Source: Dehalococcoidia bacterium
Lineage (GTDB): Bacteria; Chloroflexota; Dehalococcoidia; Lucifugimonadales; UBA3495
Direction: 5' to 3'
Assembly: GCA_965116565.1 (NCBI GenBank)
Contig: OZ220699.1
Location: 57,837 to 121,836 of the forward strand
Length of the DNA stretch: 64,000 nt
Shown here: positions 17,383-27,367 of the stretch, piece after piece
Layout of the letters: the number at the start of each line of letters is the position of its first letter
Numbering within the stretch: the first letter of the stretch is position 1
Program-made: the position numbers and the translations under genes
The notes under the pieces: model-generated
The model's database searches: none
The model's input: only the letters and a program-made list of their open reading frames with translations
What the model was told of the DNA's origin: nothing

Positions 17383-18120
17383 TCATTCGCCCCGCAGTTG
17401 GCGGATCTGCTCCTCCAGTTCTCGTACCCGGGCTTCGGCCTGGAGGCGAGCTTCCCGCTCTTGGGTCAGCGCCTCCCTTTCCTCGGCAAAGGCTTGCCGT
17501 ACCGAATCCAGGGTGGCGACGGGCTCGCCGGTTGCGGGGTCGTACCAGACCAGATGCCCGTCGATCCAGCGTACGTCAACATTCAGGATGGCGCTGTGCC
17601 CCTGCAGGCTGCCGTCAGACAGTTCATCAATCTGTATGGGTTCGTATCGCCCGCCCGACAGGCGGTCGCCGGCCAGCCTCGTGCCGTGGAACTGGCCGGT
17701 CTCGTCAAAGCGCCAGTATTCGGGAATACCCAGGTCGGCGTAGGTGATTCGCTTGTCCACGGTGTCCCTGCGGCCGCTTGACGCCGAGGCAACTTCCAGC
17801 ACGAAATCGGGCGGCTTGCCCTGCTCTGAGATGACGTATCCGTTGCGGGCGCGAAAGGTGACAGGGTAAGCGTTCAAGGACACCAGCATGTCTGGGTAGG
17901 GCACGTCGGACATGTCAGCGAGTTCCGCGGGCAGAACCGTCGTGAGGTAGCGGTCGCCGCCGATCACCGTGGTGTCGAGGTTGCCGAGATGTTGGGCCAG
18001 GAAATGCGCGCTGCCGGTGAAGGTGAGATGGTCAAATACGGTCATCTTCTCGTCGGGAATGAAGGGAGTGTCCGGCAGCTGGTAGGAGGGGAAAGTTTTG
18101 GGTGTTTTGGCGGTGGTCAT
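17383..18120 (-). CDS. Uma2-family endonuclease with C-terminal coiled coil
   Basis: PDMLV, GKPPDFVLEVAS.S...D...K...YA.LGIPEYWRFD; EREAR heptad tail. Confidence 0.88.
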   Translation of the reverse strand: MTTAKTPKTFPSYQLPDTPFIPDEKMTVFDHLTFTGSAHFLAQHLGNLDTTVIGGDRYLTTVLPAELADMSDVPYPDMLVSLNAYPVTFRARNGYVISEQGKPPDFVLEVASASSGRRDTVDKRITYADLGIPEYWRFDETGQFHGTRLAGDRLSGGRYEPIQIDELSDGSLQGHSAILNVDVRWIDGHLVWYDPATGEPVATLDSVRQAFAEEREALTQEREARLQAEARVRELEEQIRQLRGE

Positions 18121-18244
18121 GGTGAGCCTCGCCGAGTCTGGCGCGTGCGTGGTCGGTCTGCGATGCGGCAGGCGTTGGATTGGATTATACCCCGCGGGAG
18201 GACAACATTGATCGAGCAGGCCGCCGCAAGCGCCTTCCCGGCCC

Positions 18245-19399
18245 TTATGTATACAGGCGGTTCAGGTTGGCGTACCGGTCGGGGTCGAGGTCCCGGCCGG
18301 CCAGCGCTGGATGGTCGTGGCCGTAGCGGTGGGCGCGGAACACGGAGTTGGCCTGACCCGAGATGGAACCGCCGACGCCGAAACCGCTCTGCCCCAGGAA
18401 CGGGTTGATGTACTCCCACACGACTTCCCTCGCCGGCGTCACCTCGAAGAGGCGGCCGGGCGCGCCCTCGCAGATCAGCGTGTTGCCATTGGGCAGACGC
18501 TCCGCGCCGCTGATGTGATAGCTGTAGAAGGATATGGGCGGGTCGCCGCGGTATTCCCAGGCAACCTCGTCGGTGGCGGGATCGACCTCTATCACGCGGG
18601 AGTGCGTGACGCCGCGCTTGTGGGGCCCATTGTCAAAGAGGAGTACCCGCCCGTTGCTGAGCATGGTGGGGTGATGCTGGTGCGAGATGTTGCCGCGCCC
18701 CCACTTCCAGCGGAACTTGCCGCTATCCTTTTCAACGATGCCCACGGTGTCGGTCTGGCGGAAGCTGACCAGCAGGTCGCCTTCGGGGGTAACGTTCAGA
18801 GCGTTCTGGTGCGTCCACTCCTCACGTCCCTCCAGGAAGCAGATGCGATCCTCATCGAGGTCAAGGTGATCCCATGAGGTCCATTCGTACACCGTATCAC
18901 CGGCGGGGGTGATCTCCCGGACCACGTCCCCCAGCATGCCTCCGCTCTCGCCGTCCTCGTGCCCGCCCTTGACCCGCTGCGAGATTTCCTCGGGGATCAG
19001 TTCCCAAGTCAGCACCAGGGTGTTTCCGTTGGGCAGACGCTCGAAGTCATGGTGCAGCAGCGGGTACCGGTATTCCCAGACCACGTTGCTGTCCCAGTCC
19101 AGCTCCAGGATGGCGCCGGCCACCGTCCTGCCGCCGCGAGGCAGCAGTTCCATCTCGGGACGCTCCAGGAATGAGGTCTCCTCCGCCGCCGGACCGGTGC
19201 GCAGCAGCAGGTTGCCGTTGGGCAGCAGGTACGAATACCCGATGCCCTGGCTGGAGCGCCAGGTGTGGCAGATGCGCCCCTCCATGTCGATGAGACGAGA
19301 TTCCTGCCCGTTCAGGTTGGTCACCAGGGTGTAGCCCCGATACGCCTGCTTCGGGTTGTAGTGAATGAGACCGTTCGGATGGTTGTTGGACCAGCCCAT
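18245..19399 (-). CDS. Aryl-sulfate sulfotransferase (ASST) family beta-propeller
   Basis: Start MGWSNNHP at 19399; LLPNGNLL, HHDF.RLPNGNTL, WTHQNA, SFR, HQHH, SGAERLPNGNTLI. Confidence 0.85.
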   Translation of the reverse strand: MGWSNNHPNGLIHYNPKQAYRGYTLVTNLNGQESRLIDMEGRICHTWRSSQGIGYSYLLPNGNLLLRTGPAAEETSFLERPEMELLPRGGRTVAGAILELDWDSNVVWEYRYPLLHHDFERLPNGNTLVLTWELIPEEISQRVKGGHEDGESGGMLGDVVREITPAGDTVYEWTSWDHLDLDEDRICFLEGREEWTHQNALNVTPEGDLLVSFRQTDTVGIVEKDSGKFRWKWGRGNISHQHHPTMLSNGRVLLFDNGPHKRGVTHSRVIEVDPATDEVAWEYRGDPPISFYSYHISGAERLPNGNTLICEGAPGRLFEVTPAREVVWEYINPFLGQSGFGVGGSISGQANSVFRAHRYGHDHPALAGRDLDPDRYANLNRLYT

Positions 19400-19691
19400 G
19401 TATTTCCCTCCTTTACCGCATCTGGCGCAGGTGAGGATTGTATAATACGCCGAACGATGGTGTAGGCCATGCATCTCCTCGATGACGACCTCCCACCCAA
19501 GCGAAAAGCCTCTCACAGCGAAAACGCTCAGGTGAGAGGCTTTAGGCGGGACCAGGTGCTGGCTTCCGGGACAAACGTAAAGGGCTGGACTCCCTTACGA
19601 GTGTCCAGCCCGTGGTGATCCCACTGGATCAATATATCATCCGCCCCCGGATGCTTGTCAATTAGCGTTGCAAATGGGGTCCAATCGCGTT

Positions 19692-20906
19692 TCAATCCCC
19701 CAGCTCGTCGGCCGCCTGGTTCCATTCTTTCGCTCCGCACAGAGAGGTCAAGGCTCGGTTGGCCCCCTCCTGGAGCATAAGGTGGTCAGCGTGAACCAAC
19801 CCGCCGAGAGTTTGGTGTGCGACCTTGTAATCCAGGTTCGGTGAATCCTCGGCCATGATGTCGAGCACTACGTCCACCTGGTCGAGGTAGGCCCACTGCA
19901 CATCCTCCGGCAAAGCGTCCCTCGCCGCCGTCCGCCGCTCATTGCATTTGTCGAAGGTGGGGCTCCCGGTGTACGTGAAAACGGCGTCCGACCAGCCGGC
20001 TATATCGAGACAGTCGCGCGGCGCATCCTTCAGCGTTTTGGTGAATTCATCCCTCGCTTCTCGCATGGTCCGCGTAGCTGAATCGTAGCTCCCGCCCAGC
20101 TCCGTCTCGACAATATCGACGACCAGAGGCTCCGATATAAAATTCAGTTGCGCCGCCGCGTTAGCAATCGCCGCTTCGCGTTTGGCGATGTCGCTATTTA
20201 CACGGCGCAACGCGTCGATCAGATCACGACGGATGGAGTCGCACTGCTCTGTGTTGATGGAGGGAGGGGCCGTGGGCGTCGGCAATGCCGTTGACGCGAT
20301 GCGCTCAGCCGTGGGCGGAACGCTGGCCACCGGCGCGGCGCAGCCTAGGGTCATGGTGCAAACCAGAAGCAGGGTCACAAAGCCAACGAAGCCAAAGGCA
20401 ATCATGTTCGCTTTGCGCAAATACCAAGGGGGGGAGGGCGGTGTCGGTGTCGCCGGTGGAGGTTGCAGAACCGGTTCGTCGTCCTCGTCTTCGCCGGACA
20501 GTTCCCACGTCAGATGCTGGTGGCGGCCGCAGTAGATGGAGCGCCGCCAAGGGGTGTTCCGACATTGCCGCCCAGCCAGGGTCATGGCTTGGCATCGAGG
20601 CAGCTCTATCACCACAACGTCGGCGGTTTCCTCGGGAAAGGCATCAAACACGCGGTCGATGTGTTTGCAGTGCCCTCTGGCTCTTGCCCCTCTGCACTCG
20701 CAGACGTAACGAAGGACGCCGTTGCGGTCCTCCACAATTTCGACGCGGTACAGCAGGCCAGGGGACGAATCGCTGAGCGCGGAGAAGGTGCCGTCAAGTT
20801 CCGGAAAAACAAGGGGATGGGGAGTATAATCAGCCACAGCAGCGTGACCTCCACTACAGGTTGACGCTGAAACTCCGCTGGAGAACCGACCCTCCGGCGG
20901 CGTCAC
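19692..20906 (-). CDS. Hypothetical membrane-anchored protein with SWIM zinc finger and a second Cys/His finger
   Basis: CECRG....GHCKH (SWIM); RCQAMT..G.QC.N......YC..H; Pro linker; hydrophobic helix; helical C-terminus; start uncertain. Confidence 0.65.
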   Translation of the reverse strand: MTPPEGRFSSGVSASTCSGGHAAVADYTPHPLVFPELDGTFSALSDSSPGLLYRVEIVEDRNGVLRYVCECRGARARGHCKHIDRVFDAFPEETADVVVIELPRCQAMTLAGRQCRNTPWRRSIYCGRHQHLTWELSGEDEDDEPVLQPPPATPTPPSPPWYLRKANMIAFGFVGFVTLLLVCTMTLGCAAPVASVPPTAERIASTALPTPTAPPSINTEQCDSIRRDLIDALRRVNSDIAKREAAIANAAAQLNFISEPLVVDIVETELGGSYDSATRTMREARDEFTKTLKDAPRDCLDIAGWSDAVFTYTGSPTFDKCNERRTAARDALPEDVQWAYLDQVDVVLDIMAEDSPNLDYKVAHQTLGGLVHADHLMLQEGANRALTSLCGAKEWNQAADELGD

Positions 20907-20997
20907 TTTATCACGGCTAGGGATTAGCGTTCATATCGCCACCCCAAAGACCGCGGCCCCGATTCCAACTATGATTGCTTGGACTGGAGTGGAAAAA

Positions 20998-21822
20998 ATG
21001 GCAGACCTGACCCAAACGCGCCGCATCGGGGCCCTGGTGCCCGCAACCAACCCGGTGGTGGAACCCGACTTCTACCGGGTGGTGCCGCCCGAAATCACCG
21101 TGCACTTCGAGCGAATGTGGAACGGCGCATGGGGCAGCCAGCCGGACACGCCGACCGAGTCGGGGCACCGCCTCAGCATGACCAGCGCCGAGGCCAACGA
21201 GGTGGAGTGGGCGCTGTTCGGGTTCGACGTGGGCAAGATGAACGACGACGTGGCCCGAGGCGCCAGCGCCCTGTCCAACATCGGCCCCGACGTGCTGGTG
21301 TACGCCTGCACCTCCGGCACGTGGCACAAGGGCTACATGGCCTACGACCAGTCCATGGCAAAGCTGATGGAGGAGGCCAGCGGGGTCGAGTCGATCACCG
21401 CCGTGAGTTCGTGCATCGCCGCGATGCGGCACATGGGCAGCCGCAAGCTGAGCATCGCCGGCCCGTACCGCAACTACCATTTGCGCAACCGCCTGAAGCC
21501 CCTCATGGAGGAGGCCGGGTTCGAGGTGCTGAGCGCGGACGGCGCGCCGTGGATGGAGGACTCCATGAACCCTCGCGAGATCGACATGGACCCACCCCAG
21601 GCCATTGTCGACTTCGCCGCCGAGGCGGCCCAGGACGATGCGGACACCATCTTCCTGCCCGGCACGGCGTGGCGCGCGCTGGACGCGGCAGAGCAACTGG
21701 AGCAGCGGTTGGGCAAGACGGTGATCACCGTGAACCAGGCCACCATCTGGCTGGCCCTGCGCCGGCTGGGGTGGACCAAGCCCATCGAAGGTTTCGGCAG
21801 CCTGCTGCGCCACCTGGAGTAG
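20998..21822 (+). CDS. Asp/Glu racemase superfamily (maleate isomerase / arylmalonate decarboxylase-like)
   Basis: RIGALVPATNPVVEPDF, YACTSG, FLPGTAW, LE..LGK.VIT.NQATIW. Confidence 0.85.
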   Translation: MADLTQTRRIGALVPATNPVVEPDFYRVVPPEITVHFERMWNGAWGSQPDTPTESGHRLSMTSAEANEVEWALFGFDVGKMNDDVARGASALSNIGPDVLVYACTSGTWHKGYMAYDQSMAKLMEEASGVESITAVSSCIAAMRHMGSRKLSIAGPYRNYHLRNRLKPLMEEAGFEVLSADGAPWMEDSMNPREIDMDPPQAIVDFAAEAAQDDADTIFLPGTAWRALDAAEQLEQRLGKTVITVNQATIWLALRRLGWTKPIEGFGSLLRHLE

Positions 21823-21909
21823 CCGGCGAAGATACGTCTCGCCGTGCGCTGGCGCGTTGACCCGGTCGACAAGGCCCACGCCGGCGCTATCTGCGCGCCA
21901 CTCCATCCC

Positions 21910-21934
21910 TGTAGCGCCACGGAGTGGCGCTACA
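21910..21934. repeat. GTAG...CTAC REP-like palindrome
   Basis: tgtagcgccac-gga-gtggcgctaca. Confidence 0.65.
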
Positions 21935-22042
21935 CTTCCGCGGCCCTACCGCTGCCTTCCAGACGCGCGTCCTCGACTGGGGATTGCGGGGACACTCATG
22001 GTCAGTCCGGCCGCGGGCGTTGTGTGTGAAAACCTGCCCGAC

Positions 22043-22102
22043 GTTACGTGAAGTTAACGTCGCTGCAACCTCAAAGTCACACAATTGCAATTCGCCGTTA
22101 AC
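22043..22102 (+). promoter_or_regulatory. Six 11-bp-phased pentamer boxes (GlnR-like operator) upstream of urtA
   Basis: GTTAC 22043, TTAAC 22054, GCAAC 22065, GTCAC 22076, GCAAT 22087, TTAAC 22098. Confidence 0.65.
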
Positions 22103-22217
22103 AGCGTGGGACTAGCGTATTTCCCAACGACGCCGGCGATCCACAACCGACTTGATCGTTCAAACCGACGAGCGGGATGAGGACACTGGCAGTTTATTTG
22201 ACAGGGGGAAATACGTA

Positions 22218-23525
22218 ATGTCTCACATAGGTTTATCGAAAGTACCTGCGTTGGCGCGGTTCGTTGCGCTCGGCGCAGTGGCCGTCCTGATGGCGCTCGC
22301 GCTGGCCGCCTGCGGCTCCGAACCGCCGCCTCCGCCGGCTGCCCCGGCCGCTCCGGCTGCAAACCAGGCGCCGGCCGCCGATCCCGCCGCTGCTGAATCC
22401 GACACCATCAAGGTGGGGATACTGCATTCCCTTTCCGGCACCATGTCGATCAGCGAAACCGCCGTGCACGACGCCGAACTGCTGGCTATCGAAGAAATCA
22501 ACGCCTCCGGCGGGGTCATGGGCAAGCAGCTTGAGGTCGTGATCGAGGACGGCGCTTCCGACTGGCCCACCTTCGCCGAGAAGGCCCGCAAGCTGCTCCA
22601 GGAAGATGAGGTAGCAGTGGTGTTTGGCGGATGGACCAGCGCGAGCCGCAAGGCCATGCTGCCGGTGTTCGAGGCCAACGACGGCCTGCTGTTCTACCCG
22701 GTGCAATACGAAGGTTTGGAGACCTCGCCCAACATCTTCTACACCGGAGCAACCACCAACCAGCAGATCGTGCCCGCCATCGAGTACCTGCTGGGAGAGG
22801 GCAAGACCAAGTTCTACCTGCTGGGTTCCGATTATGTCTTCCCCCGCACGTCCAACCTGATCATCAACAAGCAGTTGGCCGCCGCCGGAATCGAGGCCGT
22901 GGGCGAGGAATACACCCCGTTGGGGCACACCGAGTACAGCACAGTCATCACCAAGATCAAGGCCGCCGAGCCCGACGTGGTGTTCAACACGCTGAACGGC
23001 GACTCCAACGTGGCCTTCTTCAAGCAACTCAAGGACGCGGGCATCTCCGCCGAGGACTTGCCGACGATTTCCGTGAGCGTCGCTGAGGAAGAGATCACCG
23101 GCATCGGCGCCGACAACATCGCCGGACACCTGGTCGCCTGGAACTACTTCCAGACCACCGACACGCCGGAGAACGTGAAGTTCGTCAGCGCCTTCAAGGC
23201 CAAGTATGGCGAAAACCGCGTAACCGACGACCCCATCGAGGCCGGTTACTTCGGCGTCTACCTGTGGAAAGCCGCCGTCGAAAAGGCGGGCAGCACCGAT
23301 GTCGCCGCCGTCAAGGAAGCCGCCAAGGGAATCCAGTTCGCCGCTCCCGGCGGAATGGTGACCATCCACAACGAGAACCAGCACGTGTCCAAGACCGTCC
23401 GCATCGGCACCGTCCGGGAGGACGGGCAGATCGACGAGGTCTGGAACTCCGGCGCCCCCGTGGTGCCCGACCCTTACCTGGACACCTACGCCTGGGCCGC
23501 CGGCCTGCGGGAGCTGGCCCAGTAG
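22218..23525 (+). CDS. urtA: Urea ABC transporter substrate-binding lipoprotein
   Basis: LAAC lipobox; [55 protein letters not shown]. Confidence 0.93.
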   Translation: MSHIGLSKVPALARFVALGAVAVLMALALAACGSEPPPPPAAPAAPAANQAPAADPAAAESDTIKVGILHSLSGTMSISETAVHDAELLAIEEINASGGVMGKQLEVVIEDGASDWPTFAEKARKLLQEDEVAVVFGGWTSASRKAMLPVFEANDGLLFYPVQYEGLETSPNIFYTGATTNQQIVPAIEYLLGEGKTKFYLLGSDYVFPRTSNLIINKQLAAAGIEAVGEEYTPLGHTEYSTVITKIKAAEPDVVFNTLNGDSNVAFFKQLKDAGISAEDLPTISVSVAEEEITGIGADNIAGHLVAWNYFQTTDTPENVKFVSAFKAKYGENRVTDDPIEAGYFGVYLWKAAVEKAGSTDVAAVKEAAKGIQFAAPGGMVTIHNENQHVSKTVRIGTVREDGQIDEVWNSGAPVVPDPYLDTYAWAAGLRELAQ

Positions 23526-23541
23526 TCTCGCACGCACCGAC

Positions 23542-23583
23542 CCTGTCATTGTGAGGCAGCCGCGCTGCACTCGCAATGACAGG
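23542..23583. repeat. Long hairpin (gtcattg.gag...ctcgcaatgac type) after urtA
   Basis: cctgtcattgtgag-gcagc-cgc-gctgc-actcgcaatgacagg. Confidence 0.7.
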
Positions 23584-23669
23584 TGACATTAGCCGCTGAG
23601 GATGGCGCAGTCGCCCGAGACGGAAGGCATCCTCGCGGAAACCAACTCCCACTCCACAATGGCCACACA

Positions 23670-24566
23670 ATGGAAGTTTGGGCGTTACAACTGTTCAATG
23701 GGCTCAGCCTGAGCTCCATCCTGCTGCTGATCGCGCTGGGCCTGGCGCTGTCCTTCGGGTTGATGAACGTCATCAACCTGGCCCACGGCGAGTTCATCAT
23801 GATCGGCGCGTACACCACGTACGCCCTGCAGCAGGCAGCGCTGAGTTTCACCGGCGATCCCCAATCGGGAGTGACCTTCCTGATCGCCATCCCGGCATCG
23901 TTCGTGGTGGCCGGAACGGCGGGATACCTGGTGGAGAACGCGCTGATCCGGTTCCTGTACCGCCGTCCCCTGGACACGCTGCTGGCTACCTGGGGCGTCG
24001 GGCTGTTCCTGCAGCAACTGGCCCGGTCCATCTTCGGCGCGCCCAACGTGCAGGTCGTCTCGCCGCCCTGGCTGGGCACCGCGATAACCGTCACCTCCGA
24101 TCTGGTCCTGCCTACCAAGCGCGTCTTCATCCTGGCCTTGGTCACCGCCTGCATCGGCGGTCTCTACTGGTACATGTACCGTTCCAATGAGGGGCGACGG
24201 ATGCGCGGCGTGATGCAGAACCGCGATATGGCCGCCAGCCTGGGCGTATCCACCCGCCGCGTTGACAGCTTCACGTTCGCCCTGGGTTCGGGCCTGGCCG
24301 GAATCGCCGGCTGCGCACTGACCCTGATCGGCCCCATCGGGCCGTCGCTGGGGACCTTCTACATAGTTGACTCCTTTATCGTGGTCATACTGGGCGGGTT
24401 GGGGCAGGTTCCCGGCACGATCCTGGCCGCCCTGATCATCGGGATGCTGAATACGCTGTTCGAGTTCGGCACCACCGCCGTGGTGGGAAAGGTGCTGGTG
24501 TTCGCCATGGTGATCCTGTTCCTGCAGTGGCGTCCCGCCGGCTTGATGCGCGCCAAGGGACGGTAG
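23670..24566 (+). CDS. urtB: Urea ABC transporter permease
   Basis: QLFNGLSLSSILLLIALGLALSFGLMNVINLAHGEFIMIGAY, RPLDTLLATWG. Confidence 0.92.
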   Translation: MEVWALQLFNGLSLSSILLLIALGLALSFGLMNVINLAHGEFIMIGAYTTYALQQAALSFTGDPQSGVTFLIAIPASFVVAGTAGYLVENALIRFLYRRPLDTLLATWGVGLFLQQLARSIFGAPNVQVVSPPWLGTAITVTSDLVLPTKRVFILALVTACIGGLYWYMYRSNEGRRMRGVMQNRDMAASLGVSTRRVDSFTFALGSGLAGIAGCALTLIGPIGPSLGTFYIVDSFIVVILGGLGQVPGTILAALIIGMLNTLFEFGTTAVVGKVLVFAMVILFLQWRPAGLMRAKGR

Positions 24567-24572
24567 CGCGGT

Positions 24573-25715
24573 ATGGCAACGAAATCGTCCATCATCACCG
24601 CGGTGCGGAACGCCTCGGCTCCGGTCAAGATCAACGACCTGATCGGGTCGTGGGTTGCCCCGCTCGTCATGCTGGCGGTGCTGCTGCTGGCTCCCATGGT
24701 CCTATCGGATTTTCGCGTCGCGCTGCTGGGCAAGTTCCTGACGTTCGCCATGCTGGCCCTGTCCCTGAATCTGATCTGGGGGTACGCCGGCATGCTCAGC
24801 CTGGGGCACGGCGTCTTCTTCGGTCTCGGCGGCTACGCAATGGCGATGTTCCTGAAGCTGGAATCGGCCGGCGGGAAGCTGCCCGACTTCATGTTCTGGA
24901 GCGGCTTGACGGAACTGCCCATTTTCTGGGCCCCGTTCAAATACGCATGGTTCGCCTTCCCGATGACCTTCATCGTGCCCGCCGCGCTGGCCGGAGCGCT
25001 GGGTTACCTGGTGTTCCGCAGCCGCATCACGGGCGTCTATTTCGCGCTGATCACCCAGGCGTTGGCGCTGATCGTCAGCATCCTGTTCATCGGGCAGCAG
25101 CCGTACACCGGCGGAACCAACGGCATCACCAACTACACCACCATATTCGGCTATTCGCTGAACGCCCCGTCCATGCAGCTGATCCTGTACTACGTCAGCG
25201 TGGGCGCGTTGGCAGTTGCGTACCTGCTGTGCTGGTGGCTGATCTCCTCCCGCCTGGGCCGGCTGCTGGTTGCCATGCGGGACGACGAGAACAGGGTGCG
25301 GTTTTCCGGCTACGACCCCGCGGTGCTGAAAACGCTGGTATTCGCCCTGTCAGCAGGCATGGCCGGAGTGGCCGGCGCGTTGTTCACGCCGCAGGTGGGC
25401 ATCATCTCCCCCACCATGATGGGCATTGTGCCGTCCATCGAGGTCGCCATCTGGGTGGCCGTGGGAGGGCGCGGCGTGCTGCTGGGCGCCATCCTCGGCG
25501 CCATCGCCGTGAACGGCGCCAAGAGCGGATTGAGCGAGTCCTTTCCTGCAATCTGGCAGTACTTCCTGGGCCTGCTGTTCATCGGCGCGGTGCTGCTGTT
25601 CCCGGCGGGGATCATGGGCCTGCTGCGCGGGGAGGGCTGGCAACGCCCCTGGTGGCTGTCCAGGGAGCAGGTTCGCAACGCGATCCGTGGCCTGATGCCC
25701 GGAGGACAACGATGA
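24573..25715 (+). CDS. urtC: Urea ABC transporter permease
   Basis: [48 protein letters not shown]. Confidence 0.92.
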   Translation: MATKSSIITAVRNASAPVKINDLIGSWVAPLVMLAVLLLAPMVLSDFRVALLGKFLTFAMLALSLNLIWGYAGMLSLGHGVFFGLGGYAMAMFLKLESAGGKLPDFMFWSGLTELPIFWAPFKYAWFAFPMTFIVPAALAGALGYLVFRSRITGVYFALITQALALIVSILFIGQQPYTGGTNGITNYTTIFGYSLNAPSMQLILYYVSVGALAVAYLLCWWLISSRLGRLLVAMRDDENRVRFSGYDPAVLKTLVFALSAGMAGVAGALFTPQVGIISPTMMGIVPSIEVAIWVAVGGRGVLLGAILGAIAVNGAKSGLSESFPAIWQYFLGLLFIGAVLLFPAGIMGLLRGEGWQRPWWLSREQVRNAIRGLMPGGQR

Positions 25716-26599
25716 CAAGTGGCTTGCAGCCTCGTCAAACCACCTTGACGTCTCCCAACGGTTTGACGCCCGCGTCATCCATGAGCAAGCCGATCCTGTC
25801 GGTGGAGAGCCTCACGGTCAGTTTCGACGGATTCACCGTGCTGGACGAACTGGATATGGCCGTGTCGTATGGCGAGATGCGCTTCCTCATTGGCCCCAAC
25901 GGAGCGGGCAAGACGACGCTGATCGACGTGATCACCGGCAAGTCCAAACCCAGCAAGGGGCGCATCATCTTCGACGGAACCATCGACCTCGGCCGGCGGC
26001 AGGAGCACCAGCTGGTGCGCCTCGGCGTGGGCCGCAAATTCCAGACGCCGTCCATATATTCGAGCCTCACGGTTCACGAAAACCTGGAGGTGATGCTCGG
26101 CTTCCGCAGCAGGATCACCGGTCTCCTGGGAAAGCTGCGGCGAGGCGACGGGGACCGCATCATGGCCACGCTGGAGCAGGTGGGTCTGTCCCATCGCGCC
26201 AGGGACGTGGCCGGCGGGCTGTCCCACGGGGAAAAGCAGTGGCTGGAAATCGGGATGCTTTTGGTTCAGGAACCGAAGCTGCTCCTGCTGGACGAACCCG
26301 TAGCGGGCATGACCCGCCGTGAACGCGACCGCACCGGAGAGTTGCTGCAATCCATTGGAGGAGAGCGGTCGGTGCTGGTGGTGGAACACGACATGGACTT
26401 CGTGCGCCAGTTCGCCCAGACGGTTACCGTGCTGCACCTGGGCAAAGTGCTCAGCGAGGGATCGATGGAAGACGTGCAGCAGGACCCCGAAGTGATCCGC
26501 GCCTACCTGGGCAACAACAGGACGCAGAGGCCGCAGGCCGGGCGACTCAACGGCCGGCGCGAGCCCGAGCCGCAAGCCGCTCCGATCGCCGCCGATTGA
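25712..26599 (+). CDS. urtD: Urea ABC transporter ATPase
   Basis: ATGA overlap with urtC; [44 protein letters not shown]. Confidence 0.92.
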   Translation: MTSGLQPRQTTLTSPNGLTPASSMSKPILSVESLTVSFDGFTVLDELDMAVSYGEMRFLIGPNGAGKTTLIDVITGKSKPSKGRIIFDGTIDLGRRQEHQLVRLGVGRKFQTPSIYSSLTVHENLEVMLGFRSRITGLLGKLRRGDGDRIMATLEQVGLSHRARDVAGGLSHGEKQWLEIGMLLVQEPKLLLLDEPVAGMTRRERDRTGELLQSIGGERSVLVVEHDMDFVRQFAQTVTVLHLGKVLSEGSMEDVQQDPEVIRAYLGNNRTQRPQAGRLNGRREPEPQAAPIAAD

Positions 26600-27333
26600 T
26601 GGTGTCATCGATGTTCCGCCAACCAGAACCGTTCCTGACCATCACGAACCTGTCCGTGGGCTATGGGCAGAGCCTGGTGTTGACCGACGTGGCGCTGGAC
26701 GTGCCGGAGGGCCAGGTGGTCTGCCTGATGGGACGCAACGGGGTCGGAAAGACCACGCTGCTCAAGGCGATCATGGGATTGCTCAACCCCCGGGCCGGCC
26801 AGATTCGATTCGGCCAGTCGGACCTGACGCGCTGGGCCCCGCACAAGCGGGCCAGGGCGGGATTCGGATATGTTCCCCAGGGGCGGCACATATTCCCGTA
26901 TCTGACGGTGTACGAAAACCTCCTGATGGGTCTCGAGTCTTTCCCGGACAAGAAGGGAAGGCCGGAAGCCATCGACCGGATGTATGGACTGTTCCCGGCC
27001 CTGAAGATCAACCCGAAGAAGGTGGCCGGCACGCTGAGCGGGGGTCAGCAGCAGCAACTGGCTTTGGCGCGAGCGTTGATCCGACGCCCGACCCTGCTGC
27101 TATTGGACGAACCCACTGAGGGGATACAGCCGTCCATAGTGCAGGAGATCGAAGACCTGCTGCACCGTTTGAGGGAGCAGCAGGAGACCACCATCCTGCT
27201 GGTGGAGCAGTTCCTGGATTTCGCCCTGAGCATCGCCGACTACTGCTACGTGATGGAAAAAGGAGCCATCGTCCTGGAGGGCGCCGCTCGCGACCTGGAC
27301 CACAACCTGATCCGGGAGTACGTCGCGGTGTAG
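26596..27333 (+). CDS. urtE: Urea ABC transporter ATPase
   Basis: GRNGVGKTT, YVPQGR, LSGGQQQQLA, LDEPTEGIQPSI; exact start (26596, 26599 or 26611) uncertain. Confidence 0.92.
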   Translation: MMVSSMFRQPEPFLTITNLSVGYGQSLVLTDVALDVPEGQVVCLMGRNGVGKTTLLKAIMGLLNPRAGQIRFGQSDLTRWAPHKRARAGFGYVPQGRHIFPYLTVYENLLMGLESFPDKKGRPEAIDRMYGLFPALKINPKKVAGTLSGGQQQQLALARALIRRPTLLLLDEPTEGIQPSIVQEIEDLLHRLREQQETTILLVEQFLDFALSIADYCYVMEKGAIVLEGAARDLDHNLIREYVAV

Positions 27334-27367
27334 TCCCGGCACGAAACGCACAGCATGAGGAAAAGCC

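Noticed and set aside
24527-25711. Long N-terminal extension of urtD (690-aa ORF)
   Set aside because: Overlaps urtC out of frame; the real start is the ATGA overlap at 25712 with a GGAGG SD.
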